A DNA stretch of 63,803 bases, filler included, from Choristocarpus tenellus KU-1152 (GCA_964200185.2; 10 parts of 10 records of this genome joined end to end with filler, not necessarily neighbours in it), one strand, 5' to 3'. Positions 1 to 13,216 are shown, counted from the whole stretch's first letter. Translations and numbers: made by a program. The notes: a model not told the origin generated them from the sequence alone.

Positions 1-999
1 AGTAACCATAAAAATCCCTTGCTCCAAGAGTTCTTGAAATAGCTTTTGTGAAATATATCCACGATCTCCAAAAAAAAAATATATATATCTGTGAATTATT
101 TCCTTTTGTTTTTTTTGTATAGTTTCTAAGAAAATTAACCTGTTTGAGGTCCTTCCCCCTAACCGCATGGGTTAGTCTGCCCGTGTCAGGTATGTTATTA
201 TGTTGTCATGTTACAGTTTAGTTTTTTAATGTTCCAGACACTTACTGGAACAATAATAATGTGGTTGTAGGGTGAAGGTTAATCAACAAATCCCTGGTCT
301 TGATGTGATTTTTTCATAGTGAATACCAAAGTGATACATGAGATTGAATAATGTGCCAACCTATTGGCCCATTCATATTGAAGCTATTTTGCGTGTTACT
401 TCATTGGTCATGAGATTCTGTGGTGTACACAATGCTCCAGAAAGGTCCTTAGGGGGTGGGTACCCTTTTGAGGTCTATGACCACATAAGGTACTACTTGT
501 GTCACCCAAGGGCAAAAGGGGGTACATTTTGTAAGTTTTAGATGGAATGGAGTGTACCGCTGTGTCCCAGACCATATTGTGTCTAACATGTCTAAGGTAT
601 CTAAGGTTGTAATAGGGTCCCAGACTCTAAGGCCATTTTTTTATGATTTTCCATGGTGGATATTGCGATAATGGATCAATGATTTTTTTGTTGGATATAG
701 ATAAATAGTTGATTTCTCTTCTGATAAAAAATATCACATTTTTGTACCTCAAAAACAGAGGGGTATATCCATCGTTTTTTCCCACTCCTTGTTAATATAT
801 ATTTTTTGTCATGTCTTATTTCTTGTGATCTATGTGTACTGAAAGAAGGAAAAGGACAGAGACAGGACCAAGAGAGAAAAAGAAAAAGAAAAAGAGAAGG
901 AGAAGGAGAAAGAGAACAAGCAACGCAGAGAAGAAAAAATATTGAGGCAGGGTGGCAGGGACAAGAGTCACACAGGTGAGATGATTGCTTAATAAGACA

Positions 1000-1188
1000 A
1001 TGGTGTAGTATCTTAGTATTATAGTAGTATAATGTATAATTTAGTAGTATTACAATATTTTATAGTAGTATATTGTTCTAATATTAGTATAGTATCATAA
1101 TATATTTGTAGTATAATATATAATATTTTACTAGTATAGTATTATAATATTTTACTAGTGTAGTATTACAATATTTTGTAGTATAGTA
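1000..1188. repeat. AT-rich degenerate tandem repeat (TAGTATTATAATATTTT-like)
   Basis: Recurring tagtat/aatatttt units read directly. Confidence 0.6.
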
Positions 1189-2700
1189 CTACCTCCGTGC
1201 CGTAAGTCTGTGTTGCGTTGTCCGTAACCTTTGAAGATGTTGATGAAATTCATTTCTGAAAGAAGATTTGGAATCCTTCCGAATTTCTGGTTAGGGTCAG
1301 CTCTTTGTAGTATTATTACCCCCCATCCATCACATTTTTATCAGCCACGGAAAAAGGCTCCATATCTACCTTTGGTGTGTTTTCAAGCTCACCAGACAAC
1401 TGCCTCTTCCTTACCCCTGTGTGCTCCACACTGAAATCGTTTCTCCCTTTCTATCCAAGTACTTGATTGTACACCACAAAAAGGAGCTGCCAAACCCTCT
1501 CAAGTGTGGTTTCATCATACTCCTCATACTATTTCTTAATGACCTTCACCATCTCCTCAACAGACCCAAACCGCTCCCTCATCACCCGGCATTTCAAAGA
1601 CCTGAAGAAGCACAGGTCCATGATATTGAGGTCGGGGGAGTTAGATGGCTGCGTCACAGACCTAATTGACTACCCCTCAGTCTTCCTTGTCGCTGACAAG
1701 ATTTCTGGGTTGCCCTTGACCATGTGGGGGGTGGCACAGTCTTGCTGAACGATAACATGCTTCCCCTGCAATCAAGGCATCTTGGTCTTGATTGCAGGCA
1801 GTAACTCCTCCGTGTACCACTTCCTGTACTACAAATGGTCTAAAGTACAGTCCTGCTCATACACATCCCCCTTTTTATGGTTCTTGCTTGTCTTTAATGT
1901 CCTATCTGATGTCCTATTTAATGTCCATCTGATGTCCTATTTAATGTCCTATCTGATGTTCTATTTAATGTCCTCTCTAATGTCCTATTTAATGTCCTAT
2001 CTGATATCCTATCTAATGTCCTCTCTCACATTTTTGGCGCATACACATGCCAAACACCAAGCTTTGCATCAAAGCTGTGAGCCGAACCTGGCCGGGCGTT
2101 GGCTGCAATGATCATGGTTTTGGGACACAACTCTTGGGCTGCACAGTAGGGGACCCTGGAATGTTGCTATCATCCTCATACAGAAATACCCTAACCCTTT
2201 CCCCATCAGTCATCACGTAAAACCAGGTTTCACCCACATAGATCGTGTTCACCATGGAGGTGTACACACCATGTTTCCGGTCCACTTGATATCAAACAAG
2301 TCCATCCTCCATACCTTTTGCGACGATTTAAGCTTGGCTTTGATCCAGTGGCGATTTGGCATGGCCTCCATATCATCCAACCACCTGTTTATGGTGCTCG
2401 TGCCATAATTCAGCCCCTTGGTGGTGATCTTCATTGTCACCTGATGCAATGTGTATGATCGATTATCGGAGTTGATACTATGTATTGCGACCATCTTGGT
2501 CAGTGTGAGCTCTGAAGGCTGCCCACTACGTGCCAACACCCCTAGGTCAAGTGTGTGAGCTGATCCGTGATGTCCTCCCAGAGTCCTCACATGTAACGCT
2601 CGGACACTCCTAACTCCGCTGCGAGGGCTGGCCCAATGTGTCACGGCAGTTTATGCTCACCAGGGACCATTGTAAGGGCGTGCCACACTGCAAGCGCAAT
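1189..2700 (-). mobile_element. Decayed Tc1/mariner DNA transposon (plant/oomycete DD39D-like), transposase pseudogene
   Basis: Minus-strand translation gives IKAKLKSSQK, YVGETWFY, MIIAANARP...FDAKLGVW and VIVQQDCATPH...VTQPSNSPDLNIMDLCFFRSLK (D-x40-D), with in-frame stops. The outer end TA|CTACCTCCGT at 1187-1198 resembles the CTCCCTCCGT mariner/Stowaway TIR. The other end is not identified; the end coordinate is approximate. Confidence 0.85.
1893..2024. repeat. 12-bp minisatellite (T(T/C)T(A/G)ATGTCCTA), about 11 copies
   Basis: Direct tandem copies. Explains the spurious MSYL-repeat ORF 1782..2111. Confidence 0.9.
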
Positions 2701-2764
2701 CCTGATATTCAGGGATACTTGGGCACCCTTCCTACGTAGGGGGGGTCAACGGGGGGGTTGCCAT

Positions 2765-2864
2765 NNNNNNNNNNNNNNNNNNNNNNNNNNNNNNNNNNNN
2801 NNNNNNNNTTAATTAATTAANNNNNNNNNNNNNNNNNNNNNNNNNNNNNNNNNNNNNNNNNNNN
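2765..2864. other. Artificial contig spacer (first of nine; also 9858-9957, 13096-13195, 32264-32363, 36125-36224, 41648-41747, 45939-46038, 54846-54945, 60246-60345)
   Basis: Identical 100-nt N-run/TTAATTAATTAA/N-run blocks with stops in all six frames. Confidence 0.97.
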
Positions 2865-3022
2865 CCCCCCCCAGATACTTTGACCCAAATACAAAACCCC
2901 TAACCCTAACCCTAACCCTAAGAATCAGATCAACATGTCAGTAAGGCCACAACAATCCTCTAATGGTACTCTGGTATGATATAGTACTACTTGGTACTAA
3001 GATGGTACCAAGAGTACTTTAC

Positions 3023-3150
3023 ATAAACCAGTGTACTACTAGCTATCAATACAATTAAAGATAAACCAGTGTACTACTAGCTATCAATACAATTCAAGAT
3101 AAACTGTACTACTAGCTATCAATACAATTCAAGATAAACTGTACTACTAC
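3023..3150. repeat. 35-38 bp tandem repeat, about 3.5 copies
   Basis: ataaac(cag)tgtactactagctatcaatacaatt(a/c)aag repeated. Confidence 0.9.
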
Positions 3151-3542
3151 TGCTGTGCGAGGTTAGGGCTAGGGTTAGGGTTAGGGTTCATTATCCACTT
3201 CCAGTCCAGAATGTCACCACAAAATGGATCACAGCTATTCATCTCATCGGTTCATCTCATAGGTTGCAGCTCACCAATGCAGAACCTCAAAATCTGATAT
3301 ATTATTATTCTTCCGATTTTTCAAAATTGCAGACACCAACTGATACAATTTCGAACTCCTCCTACATCAAATGCCAAACCCATCCCAGAAGCGCAGTTGC
3401 TGGTCCTAACCCATCAAATTCCTACGCCCAGACACCACTATGTTGTGTCCACACCATATATCCACACCCTTGGGCATGCACAGCAAACTACCAATCAGCC
3501 CAAAGACATCTAAGGCACTGTCCAATCAGCTTCTCTGCTCAC

Positions 3543-5030
3543 CTCCCAGAGGTACTCAGTGATATATATATAGTGCCTGCAGAGTGAGTCCATGTCCAGG
3601 CCGTTGCTGCGGAGCTTCACCAGGTCTATCCCTGAGGGTATCTCATAGTACACATTACACCCTGACAGAGGGAGAGCAAGCAGCACAAACATGCCAACAG
3701 GGATAATGTCATTGAAAACGGACATCATATGTAAAGTAAATAATGTCATATGTATCAAACATGATGAGATCGATACAGCACGGTTGAAAGGGGTTAGGGT
3801 TAGGGTTAGGGTTGGTAGGCCACTACAGAGGTGTCTGGAGATATGCTAGCATGCGTATGCTCCATAGGGTGATACTAAGATTATGCTTGGTTGAGGTGCT
3901 TTTAAAATATCAGAGAGATGTATTTGATTGATTTCATTAACCCTTTCTTGCTGCTTCTATCATTATTATCACCATAGTACACTGTGAATTAAGTTTTAAA
4001 AAATGGGCAACTCCTTCAAGCAGAACGTTACTGCAACCAACAGTGGACCCACGTAAGGTCGCCCAAAAGCTGTCTAAAGCTGTCTAAAGCTGTCTAAAGC
4101 TGTCTAAAGGACGGTGGTGATACTTGATTTGATTGAAAGAGCATTTCAAAGAGCATAGATTCGGAGATAGTATGGAGAGTGTGAAGGTAGCATAGGGGCA
4201 ACAGGAAGTAGTGCTTGATTAAGAGGTGGATTTTAATCAACCAAACAAGAGGAATGCCAAATGTGGACAAGCCATGTGGCTCCCCTCTGAGTCATCAATG
4301 GAGATCAACCAATGATCGGTCAGTGCGATTTTGCCTACCCAAGTAAGGATATTGTTGCAGCAGTGAGATGGAAACTCACCATTCTTGGCATTCTTGAAGT
4401 AGAAGTGCGGATAGTACTTCTTGATGATATCGAAACGTGGATTAGGCTCTTGTAATATGCCATCGACTTTCTCCTCCTCTCTCCACTAGGCAGTTTCAAT
4501 GGCAGGATCGTAGGGGAGAGAGCTGCAGTTGGCGTCGTTTCTGAGGGTTACACTACAGTGACAGGATCAGTAAGTGACACCTTCCCAATTGCCCAACCTA
4601 CATCACTCGAGAAGGCGAAGGAAAAATTGATGCCCTAAGCTCGAGGTGCCCTGGGAATGTAGCATTCGGTCAGACTGAAGCAAAAGCTGAGACATAACTT
4701 ACCAAAGGCGGACATATCCGGGTGGAGGATAGTGGAAAGGGATTGGAGTCCGTGGAGGTAATCGCAAGTGCTACGACCTTGAGTCACCTCTCGGAAGCGA
4801 AACACCCTTTTCCACTCCCCTTGCGACATTTTCTAGCATAAACTCACCTTGAGGGACTCTATCCAGCGGCGGCGAGCCTCCTCCATATCGCCACCCATTC
4901 CCTTGATGTATCGAATGGGAATGTCTAAGTCTACGGGGTAACCGTCGGGGGCAAGGGGTCCCGAAACCTGCTGGGTGGGCTCAATTGTAGAGTGATCCAC
5001 AGGGCCACCATTATCTACGAATGTCGACAT
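3543..5030 (-). CDS. CRAL-TRIO/Sec14-like lipid-binding protein, 5' part (exons 5030-4848, 4485-4380, 3661-3543; remaining exons not found before the gap)
   Basis: GT-AG exons with compatible phases translate to ...IPIRYIKGMGGDMEEARRRWIESLK|WREEEKVDGILQEPNPRFDIIKKYYPHFYFKNAKN|GCNVYYEIPSGIDL...RHYIYITEYLWE, typical of CRAL-N and the start of CRAL-TRIO. Confidence 0.85.
4068..4109. repeat. 10-bp tandem repeat (TGTCTAAAGC)x4, intronic
   Basis: Read directly. Confidence 0.9.
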
Positions 5031-5538
5031 GACTTCAGGAGCCAGCAGCGGGGGATCTCTTGATTTGAAATCCTCTTGACGACGGAAGACCTCCAGAAAT
5101 GTGCAGCCTACCAAGGTATCCTCTCAACTCACCAGTGTTTGAGCAGATTCGGACTATTTTGGGGGGCAGACAAGGCGCAGGTCTGATTTGTCAATAAAAA
5201 ACAACACCCACAGTGTCTAAGTCAGAAAGAAGGTCGTATATAGGTGTAAATCCGATTGATGTTCTACTTCGCAAATTACGTCCCACACAGTACCTTCTAC
5301 CATCATAACAGAAATAGGTCATAAATACGTTGTCGTATGTATTATTTCCTCAAAGATACGGACAGGGTACTTACACCTCTCACTTGGGGACACGTAGAGC
5401 GCTGACTTCAGCTCTGGAAAGGCTTGTTGGGCCACCTTTGCTAGCAAGGCTGAATACCGCCATTCGCTGCAGATATTGGTCGAAAAGTAGGAAGAGAATC
5501 TGCAAGGCGGAGCTCTCAACAAGGCCGTCAAGTAAAAC
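5031..5538. promoter_or_regulatory. Putative bidirectional promoter/5'UTR region
   Basis: Only 508 bp separate the divergent ATGs of the CRAL-TRIO and ferredoxin genes. No specific motif identified. Confidence 0.5.
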
Positions 5539-7667
5539 ATGACCAGATCAGTGTTTGGAGCTGTAATGGCCGCTGCCTTAGTGTCAGTTGTGCACGGTGA
5601 GTATGTGCGATATGCAAGAGCATTCAATCTAGCCTTTGCATACAACACGGCGCGGGTTGGTCCAGGCTCCTCTTATATCCTCCTTCCCAGCTGTGTTTTT
5701 CGCGAAGGTGGTGGTCTTGCTATTCAACATAACTCAACACGTAAGTCTGAGAAACAATTTGTGGCAACTACTGGCAGGATTTATCACTCCAGTGGTCCCT
5801 GCGGTTCGAAGTTCATCTGGATGGGGAGGGAAGCGTTCTTTGGCTTCCCCTGTACGAGAACATGGCAATTCCGCTACGGGACGACTGTTCATGCACACAG
5901 TCACAATCCAGGTGATGAGTTGTCCATTGAGGGGGTTCAGAGAGTAAGCACGGGTAGTTGGAAGATATTTCGAGGAGTCGAGACTCCCTGTTGCTTGGTA
6001 GTTACGGTATTTTGTTTATTGGGAAGGTAGGTTGATGATATTTGAAGCAAGAGCTAACGTCGCACAGGGCACACACTCATCGAGAAAGGTGGGATCGTAC
6101 ACGCAGCCCAATTCGGCATCACACACACCAGCTGGTACTTCCTCTCTCCCACCGCAGCGCTTACATTGGTAATTTCTTGTCAGAATGCGGAAAAAAGTGA
6201 CTGAAGACCCGCTCATCTTTTTTTGTGGCAGAATCGGATGCTTCATCATTGAGAGGCAATTCCATTTTGCGCTCTATGCACTCAATTTATTGCCGAACCT
6301 GCAAGACAAAATATCATGAAAAGGGCATGGACTACAGATGTGATACATTAGAAGGGATGTTGACCGCACGGAGTTCCCCTTGCCGTGTAAAAGTCTTGGG
6401 GCGGTCAGGTTATGTGCAAATGTCTACAGCCATTGATCAATGCATCGTACACCAACGTCGAGCTTACGAAGTTTTTGGTCAGTTTGTCAGGTCGCATTTT
6501 GCTGTGGTAGCATGTTTAAGTTGCATGACTTTTTTTTATTATTCGTCCCACCTTCACCCAACCTATTCCTTGTTTGACCTCGCAAATCTTTGTCCTTGAA
6601 TCTCAGCCATGATCTTAACCCTAACCCCAACTCAACATTAACCTTCAACGTCAAAATACGCCCAACAAAATATCAAACGCTCAGCATGATGGCAAGGACA
6701 CCGTTTTCGAGGTGGATGAGGGAACCACCATCCTTGAAGCGGCTCTGGAGAATGATGTTGACCTGCCCCATGACTGCAAGCTTGGAGTCTGTCTAACATG
6801 TCCTTCTTTTGTTGTGAGCGGTAAAGTGGAACAACCAGATGGTACCCTCGAGGACAGTGTTGTCGATAAAGTGAGATTTACTGTCGATAAGGGTTAGGGT
6901 TAGGGTTAGGGTTAGGGTTACCGTCAGGGATTTATGGGGATAAACTGACGTCATTGTCACATGCTGTTTGTGCTGCTACTTACTCTGGGATGACCTGACC
7001 TCTTGTTCATCAATTGTGTCTCTTTTGTTTGTTGATTATTGACTATTGATTTTGTCCTGTGTTTAAGGATTGTATGCTGCACGGGGACCATAACATACAG
7101 TGCCATTGTGACACCACCAGTGTCATCGAGAGACTAAAGAAGTAGTTCTTGGAGAACAGCTCACCTGCTTGTGCAACTATCCCTAACCCTACCCTGAGCT
7201 CCTCAAGTCTAGTGTTTTTTCATCTTGTGTTTGTTTGAACACTTCATCATCGCTGCGGAGTTAAGAGTAGAAGCATGACGTGCAATCATCATTGAATTGT
7301 GACGTGCAAACCTCGTTCTCATCATTGCTTCATCTTCATGAAACACACACATACACAGGAATGTTCTTTTTATCTATCCTGTTGGGGTACTGCTGACCTG
7401 TCCAATACCTTGCTTTCTTGCAGCGTACCCAACCCAGACCCTAACCCTAAACCTTTGTGCTGAGAGCATGATTTTGTGTTATCCAGGTGTTCCGTTACCT
7501 GACCAACAGGTGTCATTATCCCCTCTTGTCTCCCCCTCCCCTGGTGGTCCATCTCTTTGCAGGGGTTTGCCCTGACCTGCTGCTCTTATGCTGCTTCAGA
7601 TTGTACTATCCGCTCCATTGCTGAGGATGAGCTTGTGGGAGCACAGTTTAGTGACCGGTCAACTTAG
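5539..7667 (+). CDS. Plastid-targeted [2Fe-2S] ferredoxin, FdC1-like, 160 aa (exons 5539-5596, 5778-5911, 6685-6870, 7563-7667)
   Basis: Signal peptide MTRSVFGAVMAAALVSVVHG|FITP plus transit peptide. Cluster motif LPHDCKLGVCLTCP...GFALTCCSY and C-terminal extension AEDELVGAQFSDRST*. All splice phases are consistent. Confidence 0.93.
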
Positions 7668-9559
7668 ATAGTGAGAGTAGAGAGTAGAGAGGCAGCTGGT
7701 GGAGCATAGATATGTGAGGGGTGGGATTGTGGAGGTAGAAGCCAAAGACACTGTAGTGACAAAATCCAACAACCTGGGTTAAGCGTGGAACACGAGCACC
7801 TGCAGTGGAAGGCGTTTGAATCGGGTGTGTGTTGCTAGTCTGATTTTGACGTGGCGTTTTTATTCTTGTCGGTGCCTGTTGACACAAGGGTTAACCCTAA
7901 CCCTGTTGCCACAAGAATAGAACCTTGTACTGCAAACCGATGTGGATGTCAAGGCAGAATAGCACAAGGGGGAGTTGTGGCTGCTGCAGTGATGCTGAGG
8001 GAAACTATACTATACTATACTATACTTTTGACCTTTGTGTGAAGGAGAGCTAGAACGCATCGTGCATGATACTTGATATAGTTGAGATGGCGGTGCAGTG
8101 GTGCTCTTGGGTGTTGATATCGCTTTTGAGATACATGGTGATGATGTCGATCAAAATGCCTCTTTGGTGAGTGTTACATAAATTTGTGCTCATCTCGGCA
8201 CTTATTTTATTCTTTGTTTTTGTTTAAGATACCCCCCACTGATAACTCTCTCTTCAATACACACTTGCAACAGACAAAAATTTAAGGCCCATTCGCAGAC
8301 AAAAGCTATACGGCCGTTGAACAATGGTATCATTGCCTCCGCAACAGACAAGATTTTAGTTTTTGGGGGTCATGACTTGAGCAAGGAACCCTGTCCCAGT
8401 CCTCGGTAAGGGCTGTGCTGTGTGTGAGATGTGTTAATCAACTGTTGAAGTGAGGTGAAGTGAAAGGTATGACCTATTTGTTTTGAATCTAGCCTGTGCC
8501 TTTTGATCACTTGGACACACTACAATCACTGTCAGAGGTGTCTCTTGTATGTACTCACTCATAGAGAGCAGTAGAGGTACTCGTTGTTCAAGTGCAGAGT
8601 ATAACTCAAACCTTGCAAGGATTTCCTGCATTGATCTACCACACACAAAGGATGTCATTTTAGTCTTGAGTGCACTGGCAATCTGGTTGGTGTATCCACT
8701 CCTTTGTCAAATTAGTGTTTTGTGGAGGTGCACTCAATGCACCATCCCTTAAAGCACGCACAAGTAGTATGTCATGCCACCTACAAAATACGTGCTTCCA
8801 TGCATTCCATCAAATCTGTGGTGTGGTGCAATGAGAGTGCCGTCGAAAGGAAAACACTTGTAACTTGTACTAGTACCCCTCTATGATAGTGGTCTCATGG
8901 TCGACTGGACCAGGGTCCCAATGCACTGGAATCTTGGAACACCTGCCTGTAGCAGAACATGGGTTAGGATTAGGGGTCATTGACTCTGTCTTGAACACGC
9001 TCTTAATGTTTTCCATGTATCGGTACAGGTTTCAATTTCCGTCCTACTGTATGTACATTGTGACTGCCGTGTGTGCATACGTCAAGGATATAGCTGGCGT
9101 CTTGAAGATATTTACGTTAATTCAAGGTTGAAAGAAAAAGGTTAAATGAGGTGCACATGGTGAATCAACGACCAACATCATACATACTACGTACCACGAT
9201 GACACGTATGGACACGTGTCCCATGTATGTGTGAGCGTAAAAATACTTGTTAACATCGTATATATATATATATATATTATTATTATTATTTCCTCAGTGA
9301 TATTTTGCTGTTGTTGTTGTAGGTGGGAAACAATAGTTTATGGTAGTAGTCATACTCCAATATTGGTGAGCACAACAGACAACAAATCAGAGCGTGGCAT
9401 ATAATATATAATGACATACATACAGTTTTCATTGCTTTCCCCCCTGACACATCTATATGCAAAATGTCAGAGGGCAAAATAATAAAATAATATATATTAT
9501 TATTTTGCCCTCTCCCATTTTATATATTCTCTATGGAAAAGTAAATGAAATGTCAATTC

Positions 9560-9790
9560 AATATCATAAGAACCCTTGCTAAAGTAACTGTTATCATAAA
9601 TGTGAAAGATATTTTCTGTATTTATTTACATTTTACTACCAGGTATGCTACACCACTCCCCTCCTATGTCTTCAACCTGGCTTAGCCCTACACAACAGGG
9701 CGAGGAACTAGGGAAGCATCCCAAGAATCTGGCAGACCCCTCCTTGCCCACCTCCCAGGTGCCTCCAGCTTAATACATACGACACATGTC
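9560..9790 (+). repeat. Dispersed repeat X (other copies 9958-10025 and about 59820-60060), possibly a SINE or LINE 3' end
   Basis: Shared sequence tatgctacaccactcccctcctat...cttagccctacaca...ctagggaagcatcccaagaatc...tccagcttaa across the copies. Class is inferred. Confidence 0.8.
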
Positions 9791-12700
9791 TTGACATACA
9801 CCAAATATTGGTATGAGGCTCAAAGTATCTGGGAGGGGGTAGCGGCTGTCCATTTGGNNNNNNNNNNNNNNNNNNNNNNNNNNNNNNNNNNNNNNNNNNN
9901 NTTAATTAATTAANNNNNNNNNNNNNNNNNNNNNNNNNNNNNNNNNNNNNNNNNNNNGCATCCCAAGAATCCAACAGACCCCTCCGTGCCCATCTCCCTG
10001 GTGACTCCAGCTTAAAACGCATGACAGCTAGTTGATCATTTCAGTTTCATTCACAGCTAGTTGGTCATACCGTTCCACTGATGCGGACAATTTTATATTT
10101 GCTGCCCTGCCCCCCACCCCTTCAATTTGATGACGAGGAAGAGTGATTCGTTCTTCTGCTGTACCCTTTTGTCAATATAACTATACCTTTTGTTGGACCA
10201 ATTACCCCATTCCCCTCCCCTGCTAAAAACTCGAACATTAACAAAAAATCTTCATGGCTTGACAGTGACAACTTACTTCACAGAGGTCGTTGGGTGAGCT
10301 CTCAGGACCTGAATTGCCAATGGAAGAATATTTCAGCCAAGCCTCACAAGCAGCACGCTCCTGGTTTCCCCGAGTACGACCCGGATGTCTTCGGAACTGT
10401 GGTGAGTGTGCTACAGTATAGAACATACCGATACCCATGAGGTGTGATTACGGCATGTGAGTAGTAAAACTATTAATACAGAATGTGTTCTTGACTTTTC
10501 CGCGTAAGCTTTTGCATCAATTAAGGTGCCCGACTACCGCCACGTAGTAAGGACAGGAGTAGTGTAGTAGGAGATACAATCCGTACGTACAGACCCATAG
10601 CGGGTGCGCTGATTCAGTCACCTTTCCCATTGTGCAAAGTACGGTGTTAATTGGTTCCGCTGATCTCGAGAGAATTCGAAATCCTGGTGTGTTGCAATCA
10701 CCCTTCTCAATAGGAAGGTAACCTAACGTAACTCCACGATTTCACAGTTTCAGACCCATTTTTCATACCCCGCAGCAAGGTGCTCTACCTTCGCCGGCAC
10801 CGTCCTCGAGAACGGCAAACCCTTGGGCGTTGAAACCCTCGTACGTTCCTTAGGGGCTTGTTTGAAAGCTCATGATTTGTCCGTTAACATGTGTATCACC
10901 GAATACATTTTTTTAGGACGCCCGAGCCCGGGGGGGCTTTGCGCCCCAAAACATTTGTTGTTTAATCAAGCCAAGCATAGGGAATATCACTCTACCAGCA
11001 AAGACCAATACCTACCTATGGACTGGGACATGCTTTTCATCCATCACAAGCTTGTCGCTCCTTCTAAGCCCCATATGTCAACCCCAACGTCTCCGTCCCT
11101 ACCCAAACCACTGCCTACTGTAACCTCATCGGCATGTCCTGAATGTGGACAATGTGGATACCTATTGTGGGCACTCTGGGGCTTTCTGTGAATTAGGTAT
11201 CAGAGCTTTGTTTTTTGGAGCAGGGGCCTTGGATCGGGAGCACTGATTGGAGAGACAGGAGGACTGACCCATACGTGTGGCAGCCCTACGACTGCCGTTA
11301 TGACATCATGAATAGTGTAGACCGGCTCCAATGCCTTCAAGAAAAGAATGTTTCGCGGTTCCTTGACTTTGGGGACAGGTAAGCAGTAAGCCTTGATAGT
11401 ATCTGATTGTATGTGTCGGACAAAATCTGATTGTATCGACTTTCACAAGTAGAAGGGAGATGATGAAGCGCAATTGTTTTGGTTTGCCTCTTTGATTCCC
11501 TTTTCTTGTGTTGTGTGTTACATAATTGGTTTAGTTGAACTCTTGTGCTTTCCGGCGCATTGTTGTACGTTTTTGGAACGGAGTTGGTTCTGTATGTATC
11601 ATCTAGTGTATGTATATATACATATGCAAGAGTCACTTGTCTTGTGTGCTGACGCTAGTGGGTGGCAGTGTTATTGAGGTACCACTACACTACTAATGCA
11701 CTGGTCTTGTGTGAGACTGGTGCCTTGATCCTACTCTGGAATCATCAAATCTTCACAAAAAAAGGGGGGGGGCTACGGAACTACCCTGATTAATCCGTGG
11801 GACATGACACACTAACCTCCGGTTCACCTTTGAATGATCACCTCAATACTCCCTGTATCAGGAGGACAGTAGTTAAGGGGTGCCGTGTAAGACCGGGGTC
11901 CCTACTGTTGCAGTCGATTCCTGTACTTTCTTTTTTTGTGGAGGTCTGTAAGATGAGAAAGAACCTGAGGCTTTGGTTATCTCTACGGGGTAGGTAGTAT
12001 TGGTGTTTCACATTTTCCAATTCATTATTATGGTTGTGGAGTCGAGATGCTTTTTTGGGGACTATTTCATCAGATCAGCATGTCAAATCTTACCGTCAAC
12101 AGCGGTGTTAAGAATGGAAATAGGGTGGTCTTTGTAAACGTATTGAGCGTTTCCAAGATCCACATACAAATACAATCCCTCAGATACTACTCCAGGTTTG
12201 CCTGCTCTCACAAGAACAACAAGATCGGTTTGCCTGCTCTCACAAGAACAAGATAATACTTTTTTTTTTTTTTTTTTTTTACCCGCAGGGTTAAAAGTTT
12301 TTGAATCGATGTTCAAGCGTTGAAGTGTTATCCCACATCAGCTTTTACCCAATCGATGGCGCTTACTTTCAAAATTGCTAAATAGTGAGGTATTTCATCT
12401 CCAGTGGGGTGACTACTATTATTTTGAATTACTATTTGCTTGAGGAAAATCTGTTCTCACGTGCGATGCCGGCATTAAATTCAAGTTGAAGAAATGTATG
12501 TGTAGTGTCTATTTTGGGGGTGACTTGTGTATTTATTGGATGAGTCAGGTGATTTCAACTCTTCCGCATCAATCCGTTGGTGACATGGTAAGGAAGTGAA
12601 AAAAAACCCAGGAGGGGCTAGGGGGGAGAGCTAAGTCGCCCAGTTAATCAAACGCTACAGTGAAAGGCGTATTATATTCTGCAGGAAGATCGGGAGCTGA

Positions 12701-13216
12701 AGCAAAACATCAGGCACTAAAGATGTTTCGTAGATGAAGGGAGGGACTTTTTTTTATGACACTTTCTCAGTGTGAACGTGATTATTTTGTTAAGCTGGTC
12801 TAATGTGGGGGACCCCCACTGTACAAACACACCCCCTTGTCGAGATAATAAGAATTTTACAATAAAAATAAGAATATATTCATTTCTTCTCTTGATTGGA
12901 GTACACGTTTACTTGGTGATATTGTGGGGAATGCGATGGGTTAATGGTGTTGTTGATCAATTTGAGCAACATGGAATCCATAATTTTTGCAAGTTGATTA
13001 ATGTACTATTGTGTGTGTGTTCGAGTTGTCCTGCCATTCCCCCCCCCCCCCCCCCCCCAATCCCCACATAGAAAAAAACTATCTCCAACACACGANNNNN
13101 NNNNNNNNNNNNNNNNNNNNNNNNNNNNNNNNNNNNNNNTTAATTAATTAANNNNNNNNNNNNNNNNNNNNNNNNNNNNNNNNNNNNNNNNNNNNCCCAT
13201 GCATGCTTGTTGTCAG

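Noticed and set aside
1782-2111. ORF with MSYL repeats
   Set aside because: Antisense read-through of the minisatellite within the mariner pseudogene.
2765-2864. Recurrent TTAATTAATTAA as a biological repeat
   Set aside because: Always centred in identical N-runs, so it is an artificial joiner.
2897-2920. True telomere at a contig start
   Set aside because: Only four units, preceded by a MITE end, and similar tracts are scattered internally.
3023-3150. CRISPR-like array of about 38-bp repeats
   Set aside because: No unique spacers, no cas genes and a eukaryotic context; a simple tandem repeat.
11195-11206. AGGTATCAGAGC as a tRNA-iMet primer-binding site
   Set aside because: Lacks the TGG start and a preceding CA, and no gag follows. 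Insufficient support.
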